From Pirellula staleyi DSM 6068 (GTDB lineage Bacteria; Planctomycetota; Planctomycetia; Pirellulales; Pirellulaceae), in assembly GCA_000025185.1 (NCBI GenBank), contig CP001848.1, positions 1,920,001 to 1,952,000 of the forward strand: a DNA stretch of 32,000 nt, in the 5' to 3' direction. This document shows, piece after piece, positions 1 to 11,436 of the stretch. Below the pieces are notes generated by a model, which was not told the origin of the DNA, ran no database searches, and was given only the letters and a program-made list of their open reading frames with translations. Within the stretch, counting starts at the first letter, position 1; every line of letters begins with the position of its first letter. Made by a program: the position numbers and the translations under genes.

Positions 1-3000
1 CTTGTTCGCGAAATTAACTTCGCCGCTGTCAAATGCGCGCGCATCGCTTGCGACGAGTTCACCAGCCGCGATCCTTCGCGCCCGCGCTTCGTCGCCGGTT
101 CGATCGGACCGACGACCAAACAAACGGCCATCTCCACACGCGTGGAAGATCCCGCCTATCGCGCCGTCACGTTCGAGCAGATGGTCGAATCGTATAGCGG
201 ACAGATCGAAGCACTCGTCGAAGCGGGTGTCGACATCATCCTGCCCGAAACGGTCATCGACACCCTCAACCTCAAAGCGTGCCTCTTCGCGCTTGAGCGA
301 CACTTTAAGAAGGTCGGCGAGCGCACCGCGGTGATGGTCTCGGGCACCTTCAACGCTGCTGGTGTGACATTCGTCTCGAGCCAAAACGTCGAAGCATTTT
401 GGAACTCCATCGCGCATGTGCCGCTGCTGTCGGTTGGCATGAACTGTGCCCTCGGTCCCGACGTGATGCGCCCGCATCTCGAGGAACTTCAGCGAGTCTC
501 TGGCGCGAAAATCAGCTGCTATCCCAATGCCGGTTTGCCCAACGAAATGGGGCAGTACGATCTCGGCCCTGCAGGCATGGCCAACATCATTGGCGAATTT
601 CTCGACGAGCGCTGGCTTAATATTGTCGGCGGCTGCTGCGGCACCACCCCCGATCACATCGCGGCCATTGCCGAGCGTACGCGCCGCGCCAAGCCGCACA
701 AGATCGCTGAGAAGCCCGCTTGGCTTCGTTTGTCCGGAACCGAGGCCTTCACTCTACGTCCCGAAAGCAATTTCGTGATGGTGGGCGAGCGTACCAACGT
801 CACCGGCAGTAAAGCTTTCGCACGTCTGATTCGGGACGAAAAATACGAAGAAGCTGTCGACGTTGCCCGTCAACAAGTGGCTGGTGGCGCCACGATCATC
901 GACGTCAACATGGACGATGCGCTGCTCGACGGCGAAGCCGCCATGACCCGATTCCTGCGACTCATCGCCGGCGATGGCGAAGCGTCGAAAGTGCCGGTGA
1001 TGATCGATAGCTCGAAGTGGAGCGTGCTCGAGGCTGGTCTCCGCTGCGTGCAAGGCAAAGCGATTGTTAACAGCATCAGCCTCAAGGATGGCGAGGAAGA
1101 ATTCCTCCGCCGCGCCGAGCTTGTACGTCGCTACGGCGCGTCGGCTGTGGTGATGGCGTTCGACGAAGGTGGTCAAGCTGTCGAAATCGATCACAAGGTG
1201 AGCATCTGCAAACGAGCCTACGACCTGCTCACCCAGAAGATCGGCTTCCCGCCCGAAGATATCATCTTCGACCCCAACATCCTCACCGTTGCCACCGGCA
1301 TCGAGGAGCACAACAACTACGCCGTTAACTTCATCGAAGCGACCCGGATCATCAAGCAAGTTTGTCCTGGGGCAAAAGTCAGCGGCGGTGTGAGCAATAT
1401 TTCGTTCTCGTTCCGTGGCAACGATGTGGTGCGCGAGGCGATGCACTCCGCATTCCTCTATCACGCCATTCGTGCAGGGCTCGATATGGGAATCGTCAAC
1501 GCCGGCCAATTGGCGGTGTACGAAGAGATTCCTCCCGCGCTGCTCAAAGCGGTTGAAGATGTGCTGCTCAACCGCAGCGACGATGCCACCGAGAAACTCG
1601 TCGCACTGGCAGAAACTGTCAAAGGGAAAGGCAAAGTTGCCGCAGGTGAAGATCTCACCTGGCGTGAAGAAAACGTCGAAGGTCGCCTCCGACATGCGCT
1701 CGTCAAAGGGATCGATCGTTTCGTCGAGACCGATGTCGAGGAAGCTCGCCAAAAGTATCCGAAGTGCCTCTCGATCATCGAAGGCCCGCTGATGGACGGC
1801 ATGACCGTTGTCGGAGATCTCTTCGGCGAAGGAAAAATGTTCTTGCCGCAAGTGGTCAAAAGCGCTCGCGTCATGAAGAAGGCAGTCAACTATCTGCTTC
1901 CCTTCATGGAGCAAGAAAAGCTGCTCGCCGGTAACGAAAGCCAAGGGGCTCGTGCTCGCGTGCTGATGGCCACCGTCAAAGGGGACGTGCACGACATTGG
2001 CAAAAACATTGTCGGCGTGGTCCTCGCCTGTAACAACTACGAGGTGATCGACCTCGGCGTGATGGTGCCGTGCGAAAAGATCCTGCAAACCGCTGTCGAA
2101 AAGAAGTGCGACATCATCGGCCTTTCGGGACTCATTACACCGAGCCTCGATGAGATGGTGCACGTCGCTAAAGAGATGTCGCGACAGAACATCAAGATTC
2201 CACTCTTGATTGGTGGTGCAACCACTTCGGCAAAACACACTGCTGTGAAGATCGCGCCGTCGTATGCCGAACCAGTTGTGCATGTGCTCGATGCCTCGCG
2301 CTGCGTTGGTGTTGTCGACAAGCTGCTGAGCGAAAATCTTCGCGCTCAAATGGTCGCCGATAACAAAAAGCTGCAGCTCGATTTGGCAACTTCCTATCAA
2401 GCGCGCCAGCAGAAGCTGGTTCCGTTTAAGGAAGCACAATCGCGCAAATTCGTCACCGACTGGAGCACCGTGCAGATCGACGAGCCGACCTTCCTCGGGA
2501 CCCGCGTGATCGAGGCACAATCGCTCGAATTGCTACGGGGCTACATCGACTGGTCGCCGTTCTTTAGCACCTGGGAACTCAAGGGGAAGTTCCCCAAGAT
2601 TTTCGACGATCCAAAAGTTGGCCCGCAAGCGAAAGAGCTCTATCAAGACGCCGAACAGTTGCTCGACAAGATCATTCAGTTCAACCTGCTGAAGGCGAAA
2701 GCCGTGTATGGCTTTTGGCCCGCCAACAGCGATGGCGACGACATCATCCTCTACACCGACGACACCCGCACGGCGGAACTTTGCCGCTTCTACACGCTCC
2801 GTCAGCAGTGGGAACGTCAGGGCCAGAACGACTTCAAAGCGCTGGCCGATTTTGTCGCGCCGGTCGCTTCGGGACGGAAGGACTATCTCGGCGCGTTCGC
2901 CGTCACTGCCGGTGTCGGCTGCGACGAGCTAGCCAAAGAGTTCGACAAGAAATTCGACGACTATAACTCGATCATGGTGAAAGCGCTCGCCGACCGTCTG

Positions 3001-3393
3001 GCCGAAGCTTTTGCTGAACAGTTGCATCAGCAAGCCCGTCGCGAGTGGCGTTATGGCGCAGGGGAACAGCTCACCAGCGAGCAACTGATAGCCGAGGAAT
3101 ACCGCGGCATCCGCCCGGCCCCAGGCTATCCGTCGCAGCCCGACCATACCGAGAAACGAACCTTGTTCGACCTGCTGGGGGTCGAGAAATCGATCGGCAT
3201 GAGCCTCACCGAGAGTTTTGCCATGTGGCCCGCAGCAAGCGTTTGCGGCCTCTATTTCGGCCACCCCGACGCACGCTACTTTGCCCTCGACCGCATCACC
3301 CGCGATCAGGTGGAAGACTACGCTCGTCGTAAGCACCTCCCTGTGAAAGAAGTCGAGCGCTGGCTCTCGCCCAACCTGGGCTATGACCCATAA
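1..3393 (+). CDS. metH: cobalamin-dependent methionine synthase (MetH), 5'-truncated by the window edge
   Basis: Frame 1 is open from base 1 ([20 protein letters not shown]...), so the tracked ORF 142..3393 is only part of a longer CDS. The translation shows Hcy- and pterin-binding regions. It has the B12-binding DxHxxG motif (DVHDIG, 1984..2001) and a C-terminal AdoMet-activation region ([12 protein letters not shown]). Confidence 0.95.
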   Translation, partial: LVREINFAAVKCARIACDEFTSRDPSRPRFVAGSIGPTTKQTAISTRVEDPAYRAVTFEQMVESYSGQIEALVEAGVDIILPETVIDTLNLKACLFALERHFKKVGERTAVMVSGTFNAAGVTFVSSQNVEAFWNSIAHVPLLSVGMNCALGPDVMRPHLEELQRVSGAKISCYPNAGLPNEMGQYDLGPAGMANIIGEFLDERWLNIVGGCCGTTPDHIAAIAERTRRAKPHKIAEKPAWLRLSGTEAFTLRPESNFVMVGERTNVTGSKAFARLIRDEKYEEAVDVARQQVAGGATIIDVNMDDALLDGEAAMTRFLRLIAGDGEASKVPVMIDSSKWSVLEAGLRCVQGKAIVNSISLKDGEEEFLRRAELVRRYGASAVVMAFDEGGQAVEIDHKVSICKRAYDLLTQKIGFPPEDIIFDPNILTVATGIEEHNNYAVNFIEATRIIKQVCPGAKVSGGVSNISFSFRGNDVVREAMHSAFLYHAIRAGLDMGIVNAGQLAVYEEIPPALLKAVEDVLLNRSDDATEKLVALAETVKGKGKVAAGEDLTWREENVEGRLRHALVKGIDRFVETDVEEARQKYPKCLSIIEGPLMDGMTVVGDLFGEGKMFLPQVVKSARVMKKAVNYLLPFMEQEKLLAGNESQGARARVLMATVKGDVHDIGKNIVGVVLACNNYEVIDLGVMVPCEKILQTAVEKKCDIIGLSGLITPSLDEMVHVAKEMSRQNIKIPLLIGGATTSAKHTAVKIAPSYAEPVVHVLDASRCVGVVDKLLSENLRAQMVADNKKLQLDLATSYQARQQKLVPFKEAQSRKFVTDWSTVQIDEPTFLGTRVIEAQSLELLRGYIDWSPFFSTWELKGKFPKIFDDPKVGPQAKELYQDAEQLLDKIIQFNLLKAKAVYGFWPANSDGDDIILYTDDTRTAELCRFYTLRQQWERQGQNDFKALADFVAPVASGRKDYLGAFAVTAGVGCDELAKEFDKKFDDYNSIMVKALADRLAEAFAEQLHQQARREWRYGAGEQLTSEQLIAEEYRGIRPAPGYPSQPDHTEKRTLFDLLGVEKSIGMSLTESFAMWPAASVCGLYFGHPDARYFALDRITRDQVEDYARRKHLPVKEVERWLSPNLGYDP

Positions 3394-3512
3394 CCCCTTC
3401 GCGGCACAATAGAGCATTCGTGGTACGGACAACTTGCTGAAATTATTAAACCGACGATTCGCCGCTAGTCTGCGGGGCGTCGGCTGGCGATTTCACGTTT
3501 CGGAGATACGTT

Positions 3513-4712
3513 GTGATTGAACTATTGAGTGGCCTTCCCCTGGCCGACTTCGAGATCTTTGGCCAGAAAGCCGAGGGGGCTGATCTCGCAATCATTGCCC
3601 TGCTTGTGCTGCTCGAAGGGGTCCTCTCAATCGACAACGCGCTGGTGCTCGGCCTGCTCGCCAAGCGACTTCCACCGGAACAGCGGCCCAAAGCCTTGTC
3701 GTATGGCCTGATTGGCGCGTTTGTCTTTCGCGTCATTGCGATTTGCACCGCCAGCCTGCTGCTGCAATGGACGATCGTCAAGTTCATCGGTGGCGCTTAT
3801 CTCGTCTACATCGCCGTGAAACATCTCTTCTTTGAAGCCAAGGAAGATCACGAAGAAGATATCATCATCGGAAAAACCGGTGAGCCCGAACTCGTGCAAG
3901 CGGGAACTGGCAAACCGCTGACCTCTGCAGAAGAGACTGACGAAATTCGCGAGCGTCTTCCGATTCCTGAGTCGGCTGTGGAGGCCCTGACCGGCGATCT
4001 TGAACCAGCGAAGCGTCAAACCAAGTACGCCGGTTTCTGGGGGACGGTGGCGGTCATTGAACTAACCGACGTCGCCTTTGCTGTCGACTCGATCCTCGCC
4101 GCCATGGCGCTCGCTGGCAGCCGCCAAGAGAAGCTGTGGGTTGTCATCACCGGTGGCATCATCGGCGTGGTGTTGATGCGTTTTGCAGCGGCGATCTTCA
4201 TTAAGCTCCTCGATCGTTTTCCACGCTTCGAACTTTCCGCCTACCTACTGGTGGTCGTTATCGGTCTCAAGCTGCTGGTCGACTGGGGCTTTAATAGCGA
4301 CTGGAGTTTCCAGCAACAGCCGTACTTCGCCAAGCTACTCGGCAGTAGCGTCACTTCGTTCGAGAACTTGGAAGCTTCGCGTCGCGAAACCGTCAAGAGC
4401 TACGAAGGCTGGCTCGAGAAGGATTGGATTTTCCATCTCGAACCTGAAGAGCACGACGAAGCCTCGCACGATACCGACCATGACCATGGCGACGCTGAAG
4501 AAATGAAAGAAGAGGCGGAAGACAAAGCCGAAGCTGCAGCGGAAGAAGGGAAGGTAGCATTGCCACCCCATGTTCCTCACTTGCTGAACTTCCACGATCT
4601 TCGTCGTCCTGAATGCATGACATTCTGGCTCATCATGCTTGCCTGTTTCATCTACGGCTTCGTGCCCGGCAAAAAGAACCCGCACATCAAGCCTGATATG
4701 CAGCTGCACTAA
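3513..4712 (+). CDS. TerC-family integral membrane protein with acidic/His-rich insertions
   Basis: It has the TerC-type signature LSIDNALVLGLL, a second membrane half (FAVDSILAAMAL) and multiple hydrophobic helices. The start is GTG at 3513. It is longer than typical family members because of hydrophilic acidic segments. Confidence 0.7.
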   Translation: MIELLSGLPLADFEIFGQKAEGADLAIIALLVLLEGVLSIDNALVLGLLAKRLPPEQRPKALSYGLIGAFVFRVIAICTASLLLQWTIVKFIGGAYLVYIAVKHLFFEAKEDHEEDIIIGKTGEPELVQAGTGKPLTSAEETDEIRERLPIPESAVEALTGDLEPAKRQTKYAGFWGTVAVIELTDVAFAVDSILAAMALAGSRQEKLWVVITGGIIGVVLMRFAAAIFIKLLDRFPRFELSAYLLVVVIGLKLLVDWGFNSDWSFQQQPYFAKLLGSSVTSFENLEASRRETVKSYEGWLEKDWIFHLEPEEHDEASHDTDHDHGDAEEMKEEAEDKAEAAAEEGKVALPPHVPHLLNFHDLRRPECMTFWLIMLACFIYGFVPGKKNPHIKPDMQLH

Positions 4713-4769
4713 GCTCCACAAACGCTGAGCTTGCCTCCGCATTGTTTAATTGGCAAAGGCTTCGCTCCG

Positions 4770-5165
4770 ATGCCGCATCCCGATCCCAAGTTGACCCCAC
4801 CGAGCTCCGATCGAGCACGACCTCTCGCGCAGTTTTCACTGCAAGGTCTGCTCGTTGTCACGGCGATGGTGGCGGTGCTGCTCGGTGTCTATCGCGGGAT
4901 GGGGATCGAAGCGATGATGCACTATCTGCTGCTCCTCTTCGTCGTGGGGCCCTGGTTTTCGCATCTCGCGGGAGAATGCTTGCCGATTCGAAGTGGCGGG
5001 CTGCGAAAAAGTGCCTCGCATCTGTTTCTACTGGTCCTGTTCATCGCCACGCTGCGAATGGCGGAATATCTCTACGAAGGACCTGTAGCGCTCTACTTGG
5101 GTCTTGCTGCCTTGGTGCTCTGGACCCCGCAGTACTTTCTCTTCTTCCTGCATATCGCGCGGTAG
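4770..5165 (+). CDS. hypothetical multi-pass membrane protein
   Basis: The tracked ORF is 4731..5165. I prefer the in-frame ATG at 4770 (MPHPDPKL...). About four hydrophobic segments follow, and no family was recognised. Confidence 0.45.
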   Translation: MPHPDPKLTPPSSDRARPLAQFSLQGLLVVTAMVAVLLGVYRGMGIEAMMHYLLLLFVVGPWFSHLAGECLPIRSGGLRKSASHLFLLVLFIATLRMAEYLYEGPVALYLGLAALVLWTPQYFLFFLHIAR

Positions 5166-5182
5166 CCGCAATTGACTACGCT

Positions 5183-6094
5183 TCAAGGCTGCGGTGGTGG
5201 TATCGCTTGATGTACCTTCGCTTTCCCTTCAGCAGTGAACTTGCAGCGGTGAATGCTGATCGCCTTCATGCTCGGCATAGCGATCAGCGCTGCAATGCAA
5301 CCGTCGTCAATTGCATTGTGCCCGATATCGATGCAGCGTAGCGATCGCGATTTGGCCAGCTGCTGAACTCCTTGATTCGTAATCGAAACCTGCTCGAGAT
5401 AGAGCGTTTCGAGCAACCTGAGTGAAGCGATGGCCGACATCGATTGATCGGTAACTTTAGTCTTCGAGAGCCCCAACAGTTGCAGATGGGGCTGGCGCTG
5501 GCAAAGTTCAATCACCCACGCATCGTCGACTTGTGTAGAGCCGAGGTTCAGCTTCTCGAGCTTCGGTAGGCCATTGATCACGCGCCATGCGGCGGGTTGG
5601 AAACGCGTGTTTGCGAGATTGAGTTCACGAAGTTGAGTGAGACCCGCGAGACTGGGGCAATCATGGCCGGTGACAAGCGTGCCTGATAAGTCGAGCGTTT
5701 CGAGCTGTCGTAGTTGCGGCAGCACTTGCAGTAGCGAATCGTCGGCTGAGGTCGTCGACAAATCAAGCTGTTGAAGTTGCGTGAGGCTCGCGTAGGCTGC
5801 CGCATCAGTGGGTTCATAACGCAGCCGGTTGTTGTGCGACCCGACCATCACCACGCGCGAGAAGATTTGCTGCTGCTCGCGACTTCGCAGCAAGCCACTC
5901 CACCAGCGAGGACTCGGCTCGGATTGCAGCACCAACCCGCGCCGCTGTAGCAAATCGATCGCCTGCTGCTCGGCCTGCCACTGACGCCTCGCCTCGCGCC
6001 AGTCGTTGGTGATATAGCCACACACAATGGCAAACAGCGTCATCAGCACGAGTAGCGCGCGCAGCGAAAAGCTTTTCCACGAACGGTTGATCAT
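5183..6094 (-). CDS. membrane-anchored leucine-rich repeat (LRR) protein
   Basis: It has an N-terminal anchor (FSLRALLVLMTLFAIVCGY) followed by repeated L-x-x-L-x-L-x-x-T-x-V/T-D units (LETLDLSGTLVT, LRELNLANTRF, LEKLNLGSTQVDD, LQLLGLSKTKVTD). The start is set at the internal ATG 6094 (MINRSW), which avoids overlap with the upstream gene ending at 6112. Confidence 0.75.
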   Translation of the reverse strand: MINRSWKSFSLRALLVLMTLFAIVCGYITNDWREARRQWQAEQQAIDLLQRRGLVLQSEPSPRWWSGLLRSREQQQIFSRVVMVGSHNNRLRYEPTDAAAYASLTQLQQLDLSTTSADDSLLQVLPQLRQLETLDLSGTLVTGHDCPSLAGLTQLRELNLANTRFQPAAWRVINGLPKLEKLNLGSTQVDDAWVIELCQRQPHLQLLGLSKTKVTDQSMSAIASLRLLETLYLEQVSITNQGVQQLAKSRSLRCIDIGHNAIDDGCIAALIAMPSMKAISIHRCKFTAEGKAKVHQAIPPPQP

Positions 6095-6111
6095 CGAGGT
6101 GCTCCTCTTCG

Positions 6112-6993
6112 CTACGGGAGTTTGCGAGCAGTCATCGTCACCAAGTCTCCCAAGGCATACGGTGCGGAGACGTACTTCATTGGCCAACGCGATGTGAGCC
6201 ATGCCAAGGGGGTAAAAAGAAACGGATGTTTTTTCGCGAGTAAGTTCCCCACAAACGGCGCAGAGACCGTTTTGCTCGACGACTGCAGTTTTATGTCGGT
6301 GAAACCTGTTTCAGCAGCCAGCGCCAGGGCGCTTTTTTGCGAGAAGAGATGGATCACGCTCGGTGGCGAGAGTTGCTGCCAGTACCGGCCAAACAGCCGC
6401 GCGATCAGCGAATCGCGGCGCCACGTTTCCACAACAAGCACTCCTCCCGGCTGAAGCAGCGCGTGCACTTTATGGAGCAGCGCACGTGGATCGGGATCGT
6501 GCTCCAGCAGTTGAAAAAGCGTGACGCAGCGAAAACTAGCCCGCTGCGCTGGCAGTATCTCATCGACGCTGCTGACCACTTCGAGACCTAACGTGTCACG
6601 CGCAAAGTGACGTGCCCAGCGCGAGACATCTTGCCCCACAACGCTAAAACCGGCCTTCCTGGCTTCGTCTAAAAAGAAGCCAGCTGCACAGCCGATGTCG
6701 AGCAACTTGCCACCACTGACCCCCGCACGAGCAAGTCGCTTCAGCCGACCGCCACTGTTGAGTCGATGAAGCGGTTCGTCGGCAACATAGTTGGCATAGC
6801 CCCCACTGCTGCTCGCTTCAAAATACGATGCTTCGTAAAACTCGCGAAGCTCATCAGCGGAAGGAATGGGGCTGAGCTGACCATGTCCGCACTGGCGGCA
6901 AACGACATAGCTCCAAGCCTCCCGCTGGGCCAAGAGCGCGAGCATGCCGCCGCCGCACATCGCACAAACTTCGCTCGGTCCGGAGCTCGACAA
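6112..6993 (-). CDS. class I SAM-dependent methyltransferase with N-terminal CxxC...CxxC zinc-ribbon-like segment
   Basis: It has SAM motif I (LLDIGCAAGFF), an acidic loop (VGQDVS) and post-I/II motifs (LQPGGVLVVE). The N-terminus carries CAMCGG...CRQCGH. It ends 17 nt upstream of the LRR gene on the same strand. Confidence 0.8.
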   Translation of the reverse strand: MSSSGPSEVCAMCGGGMLALLAQREAWSYVVCRQCGHGQLSPIPSADELREFYEASYFEASSSGGYANYVADEPLHRLNSGGRLKRLARAGVSGGKLLDIGCAAGFFLDEARKAGFSVVGQDVSRWARHFARDTLGLEVVSSVDEILPAQRASFRCVTLFQLLEHDPDPRALLHKVHALLQPGGVLVVETWRRDSLIARLFGRYWQQLSPPSVIHLFSQKSALALAAETGFTDIKLQSSSKTVSAPFVGNLLAKKHPFLFTPLAWLTSRWPMKYVSAPYALGDLVTMTARKLP

Positions 6994-7154
6994 CGTTGAT
7001 CTACGCTTTCTTGGGTCCGCCAGTAGTGGAACTCGGTGATAACAGGTTTCTCATTCTCATTACCGGCGGGTAAGGCTTCAAGTGTGAGGTTTTCGCCGCT
7101 ATGCTGCTCGAAACGCTCGATGCGGCTGCAGCGGATACTCTTGTGAGAAGAACC

Positions 7155-8117
7155 ATGAAATCGATGCTCCCAAAATTGCTGCTCGCGCTGCTGGTCGCCT
7201 TATCTGGGCTACCACTTTCAGCGATTGTGCATGCCGAGGAGCCTGCCGATGTACCTGCAGTTCTAGGCCGCGAAAACTTGGTGGCCTGGTGCATCGTACC
7301 CTTTGATAAGTCGAAGCGATCTCCCGAAGATCGCGCGGCGATGCTCCGCAAACTCGGGTTCACCAAGTTTGCTTACGACTATCGCGCCGAACATGTGCCG
7401 ACGTTTGATGCCGAGATTGAAGCGCTCCAGCGCGAGAAAGTCGAACTGTTCGCCTGGTGGTTTCCCACGACGATGAATCCGGAAGCGGAGTCGATCTTGC
7501 GAGTGATCGAGAAGCACAAGATTCACCCGCAATTATGGGTGATGGGCTCCGGAGGTAAAACCACTACCGATGCCGAGCAAGCGACTCGCGTGCAAGAGGA
7601 AGCAGCCCGTATTCGTGTGATCGCTGAGCGCGCAAAGATGCTGGGGCTTAAGGTGGGGCTCTACAACCATGGTGGATGGTTTGGTGAACCCGAGAATCAA
7701 CTGGCGGTGATCGAGGCACTCGCAATGGAGAACGTCGGCATCGTTTACAACCTGCATCACGGGCACGATCACTTGGCCCGTTTCCCCAAACTACTCGAGC
7801 AGATGAAGCCCAAACTTCTCTGCCTGAATCTCAACGGGATGGTCCCCGACGGCGAACGACAGGGTCAGAAAATCTTGCCACTCGGTCAAGGGTCACTCGA
7901 TCTCGACGTGCTGCAAACCATCGTCAAGAGCGGCTATTCCGGACCGATTGGCATTATCGGTCACACGCAAGACGACGCCGAAGCGCGGCTGCTTGATAAC
8001 CTCGAGGGTCTGTCGTGGCTCACTTCGCAGATGAATGCCGATGGCGATATCATCGGCAACGCCACATCGAAGCCGACCACGCGCACCCCTTCCCCGCTCG
8101 GAAATAGGAGCGGGTGA
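7155..8117 (+). CDS. secreted sugar phosphate isomerase/epimerase-like (xylose isomerase-like TIM barrel) protein
   Basis: It has a signal peptide (MKSMLPKLLLALLVALSGLPLSAIVHA). TIM-barrel family-like motifs are present (GLYNHGGWFGEP, YNLHHGHDH, LPLGQGSLDLDVLQTIVKSGYSGPIGI). The start is taken at ATG 7155 inside the tracked ORF 7101..8117. Confidence 0.6.
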   Translation: MKSMLPKLLLALLVALSGLPLSAIVHAEEPADVPAVLGRENLVAWCIVPFDKSKRSPEDRAAMLRKLGFTKFAYDYRAEHVPTFDAEIEALQREKVELFAWWFPTTMNPEAESILRVIEKHKIHPQLWVMGSGGKTTTDAEQATRVQEEAARIRVIAERAKMLGLKVGLYNHGGWFGEPENQLAVIEALAMENVGIVYNLHHGHDHLARFPKLLEQMKPKLLCLNLNGMVPDGERQGQKILPLGQGSLDLDVLQTIVKSGYSGPIGIIGHTQDDAEARLLDNLEGLSWLTSQMNADGDIIGNATSKPTTRTPSPLGNRSG

Positions 8118-8148
8118 GGGAGTTGATTGACGGCCAGCAGCGAACGCT

Positions 8149-11100
8149 CTAAACCATCTCGGCTCGTTTGCGGAAGTCGATTGGCTTGATGTCGGGGAAT
8201 CGATCCTGCAGCGATTGCACCGTGATCTCTTCTTCGCGAAGCGCTTCCATCGCTTTCACCGCTGCTTCGGCGGCTTGAATCGTCGTGATGCAAGGGACAC
8301 CGAGTTGCACAGCAGCAGCGCGGATACGACCTTCGTCGGTGCGTGCTCCCTTGCCACTCGGTGTATTGAGGACGAGCTGAATCACGCCGTCGTTGAGGTA
8401 GTCGAGCAAGTTCGGACGACCTTCGGCGATCTTCTTCACTGCTTCGACCGGGATGCCCGCTTCGGCTAAGCGCCGCGCGGTCCCTTCAGTGGCGACGAGC
8501 TCGTGACCGAGCTTATGGAGTCGACGTGCCAAATCGACAACCGATTCCTTATGACGGGCCGAGACACTCACAAAAATCTTGCCACTGGTGGGGAGCACCG
8601 TTCCTGCTGCCAGCTGACCTTTGGCAAAGGCGATGGAGAAGCGTTCGCTCACCCCCATCACTTCGCCGGTGCTGCGCATTTCGGGACCGAGAACGATGTC
8701 GACACCTACGAACTTGCGGAACGGGAAGACACTTTCTTTGACCGAAACGTGCGAAGGAATCGGTTCGCGAGTCACTCCGAGTTCTGGCAGTTTCATCCCG
8801 GCCATCACCTTGGCGGCGATCTTGGCGACCGAAAGTCCGGTCGCTTTGGCGACAAACGGAACGGTGCGGCTGGCGCGAGGATTCACTTCCAGGATGTAGA
8901 TGACGGGACGTCCTTCTTCCTTCTTCACAGCGAATTGCACGTTCATCAGCCCCACCACTTTGAGGTGGCGAGCCATCGCGTGCGTCGCTTCGCGAATCTC
9001 TTGGATCACTGGGCCGGGCAAGCTGTAGGGAGGAATCGCGCAGGCCGAGTCCCCCGAGTGAACGCCAGCTTCTTCGATGTGTTCCATGATCCCAGCAATC
9101 ACGACGTTCTCGCCGTCGCTGATGCAGTCGACGTCGACTTCGGTCGCGTCTTCGAGGAAGCGATCGATGAGGACCGGCTGACCTTGAGCGACGACAAATG
9201 CTTCGGCCACAAAACGCTCGAACTGCGCTTGGTCGTAGCAAATTTCCATGGCGCGACCACCGAGCACAAAGCTGGGGCGGACGAGCGAGGGAAAGCCGAC
9301 CTTGGCACCTTCGGTACGGGCCTGACTCATGTTGCGAGCAATGCCGTTAGCCGGTTGCTTCAGGCCGAGTCGCGAAAGCATCTGGGCGAATTGTTCGCGA
9401 TCTTCGCTCGCTTCGATGGCGTCGACACTGGTGCCGATCACGGGTACGCCAGCGTTGGAAAGAGCGCGGGCCAGGTTGAGTGGCGTTTGACCACCGAACT
9501 GCACAATCACACCGTCGGGCTGAACGGCGTCGTAGATGTTCAGCACATCTTCGTTCGTGAGAGGCTCGAAGAAGAGCAGGTCACTGGTGTCGTAGTCGGT
9601 GCTGACGGTCTCAGGGTTGCTGTTGACCATGATCGACTCGATCCCCATCTCACGCAGTGCGAAACTGGCGTGACAGCAGCAGTAGTCGAACTCGATCCCT
9701 TGGCCGATGCGGTTGGGACCGCCGCCGAGGATCATGATCCGCTGTTTGCCGGGCTGTTTCGGGGGAACTTCGTCTTCGTCTTCGTAGGTGCTGTAGTAGT
9801 AAGGAGTGTAGGCCTCGAACTCAGCGGCGCAGGTGTCGACCGACTTGTAGGTGGGGATGATGCCGCGTGCTTTACGCGCTGCACGCACATCGATCTCGTT
9901 GGAATCCCACAGTGTGGCGAGCTGACGATCCGAAAATCCTTGCTGTTTGGCTTTACGGAAGGTGGCAGTGTCGACAAGGTTCAAGTCGCCGATGCGACGG
10001 AGCTCCTCTTCGGTTTGGACGAGCTGCTCGAGGTGATCGAGGAACCAGCGATCGATTTTTGTGAGATCGTGGATCGTCTCGACGCTCATGCCACTCTTAA
10101 GGGCGTAGCGCAGGTGCCAAACGCGCTCGGCGTTCGGAACCGACAGCTTGGCGCGAATATCGTCTTCGCTCGGTTGTTCGGTCGTACCCCATTTGTCCTT
10201 GCTGTCGCAGCCAAAGCCGAAAGCGCCGACTTCGAGCCCGCGGAGCGCCTTTTGGAACGACTCTTTGAACGTGCGGCCGATCGCCATCGTTTCGCCGACG
10301 CTCTTCATTTGCGTCATCAGCGTAGGATCGGCTTCGGGGAACTTCTCGAACGCAAAACGTGGGATTTTGGTGACGACATAGTCGATCGTCGGTTCGAAGC
10401 AGGCTTTGGTCTTGCGGGTGATGTCGTTCGAGAGTTCGTGCAGGCGATAGCCCACTGCGAGCTTCGCGGCGATCTTCGCAATCGGGAAGCCGGTCGCTTT
10501 GCTCGCCAGCGCGCTACTACGGCTGACGCGCGGGTTCATCTCGATAACGATCATCCGGCCGGTTTGCGGATGGATGGCGAACTGGATGTTCGAGCCACCT
10601 GTTTCGACGCCGATTTCGCGAATCACCGCGAGGCTGGCATCGCGCATCCGCTGATATTCTTTGTCGCTGAGTGTTTGTGCAGGGGCGACGGTGATCGAGT
10701 CGCCGGTGTGCACACCCATCGGATCGAAGTTTTCGATCGAGCAGATGATCACGACATTGTCGTCCATGTCGCGCATCACCTCCATCTCGTACTCTTTCCA
10801 GCCGATGATCGATTCTTCGATCAGGACTTCGCGTACGGGAGATTGATCGAGACCACGACGGACGAGCATGTCGAACTCGCCCTGGTTGTAGGCGATGGCC
10901 GAACCGCTGCCGCCGAGCGTGAAGCTGGGGCGCACAACGCAAGGGAGGCCCACCATCTGCAGCACGCGGCGCGCATCCTCGACAGTCTTAATCGTTTCGC
11001 CGCGGCAGCATTCCAGGCCGATCTTTTCCATCGCCTGCTTGAACTGCTCGCGCTCTTCAGCCTTGGCGATCACCTTGGCATTGGCACCGATCATCTCGAC

Positions 11101-11436
11101 GCCGTACTTCTCGAGCACGCCATGCTTGGCAAGATCCATGGCGAGGTTCAGGCCGGTTTGTCCACCGAGTGTCGGGAGGATGGCATCGGGACGTTCTTTC
11201 TCGATGACCTTCGACACCACTTCCCAGGTGAGGGGCTCGATGTAGGTGCGATCGGCCATCTCGGGATCGGTCATGATCGTGGCGGGGTTGCTGTTGACGA
11301 GGACTACTACATAGCCCTCTTCGCGCAGTGCCTTGCAAGCTTGCGTGCCCGAATAATCGAACTCGCAGGCCTGACCAATGACGATGGGGCCGGAACCAAT
11401 CAGCAGAATCTTTTTGATGTCGTTTCGGCGAGGCAC
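8149..11436 (-). CDS. carB: carbamoyl-phosphate synthase large subunit
   Basis: The roughly 1095-aa translation is collinear with CarB. It has an N-terminal [28 protein letters not shown], duplicated ATP-grasp halves (second half [19 protein letters not shown]) and a C-terminal MGS-like domain. The tracked ORF starts at TTG 11448; GTG 11436 gives the canonical [10 protein letters not shown]-terminus. Confidence 0.96.
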   Translation of the reverse strand: MPRRNDIKKILLIGSGPIVIGQACEFDYSGTQACKALREEGYVVVLVNSNPATIMTDPEMADRTYIEPLTWEVVSKVIEKERPDAILPTLGGQTGLNLAMDLAKHGVLEKYGVEMIGANAKVIAKAEEREQFKQAMEKIGLECCRGETIKTVEDARRVLQMVGLPCVVRPSFTLGGSGSAIAYNQGEFDMLVRRGLDQSPVREVLIEESIIGWKEYEMEVMRDMDDNVVIICSIENFDPMGVHTGDSITVAPAQTLSDKEYQRMRDASLAVIREIGVETGGSNIQFAIHPQTGRMIVIEMNPRVSRSSALASKATGFPIAKIAAKLAVGYRLHELSNDITRKTKACFEPTIDYVVTKIPRFAFEKFPEADPTLMTQMKSVGETMAIGRTFKESFQKALRGLEVGAFGFGCDSKDKWGTTEQPSEDDIRAKLSVPNAERVWHLRYALKSGMSVETIHDLTKIDRWFLDHLEQLVQTEEELRRIGDLNLVDTATFRKAKQQGFSDRQLATLWDSNEIDVRAARKARGIIPTYKSVDTCAAEFEAYTPYYYSTYEDEDEVPPKQPGKQRIMILGGGPNRIGQGIEFDYCCCHASFALREMGIESIMVNSNPETVSTDYDTSDLLFFEPLTNEDVLNIYDAVQPDGVIVQFGGQTPLNLARALSNAGVPVIGTSVDAIEASEDREQFAQMLSRLGLKQPANGIARNMSQARTEGAKVGFPSLVRPSFVLGGRAMEICYDQAQFERFVAEAFVVAQGQPVLIDRFLEDATEVDVDCISDGENVVIAGIMEHIEEAGVHSGDSACAIPPYSLPGPVIQEIREATHAMARHLKVVGLMNVQFAVKKEEGRPVIYILEVNPRASRTVPFVAKATGLSVAKIAAKVMAGMKLPELGVTREPIPSHVSVKESVFPFRKFVGVDIVLGPEMRSTGEVMGVSERFSIAFAKGQLAAGTVLPTSGKIFVSVSARHKESVVDLARRLHKLGHELVATEGTARRLAEAGIPVEAVKKIAEGRPNLLDYLNDGVIQLVLNTPSGKGARTDEGRIRAAAVQLGVPCITTIQAAEAAVKAMEALREEEITVQSLQDRFPDIKPIDFRKRAEMV

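Noticed and set aside
3394-3512. Possible yybP-ykoY (Mn) riboswitch in the leader of the TerC-family gene, since that riboswitch often precedes TerC/Alx genes. A nested hairpin CCGACG..GCCGC..GCGG..CGTCGG lies at 3451..3483.
   Set aside because: The conserved blocks I remember for that family (GGGGAGUAG, GUUGACAUA, AGCAAGACC) are not present; only a GGGG...CGUCGG fragment resembles it. The hairpin may simply be a metH terminator-like structure. A cmscan would settle it.
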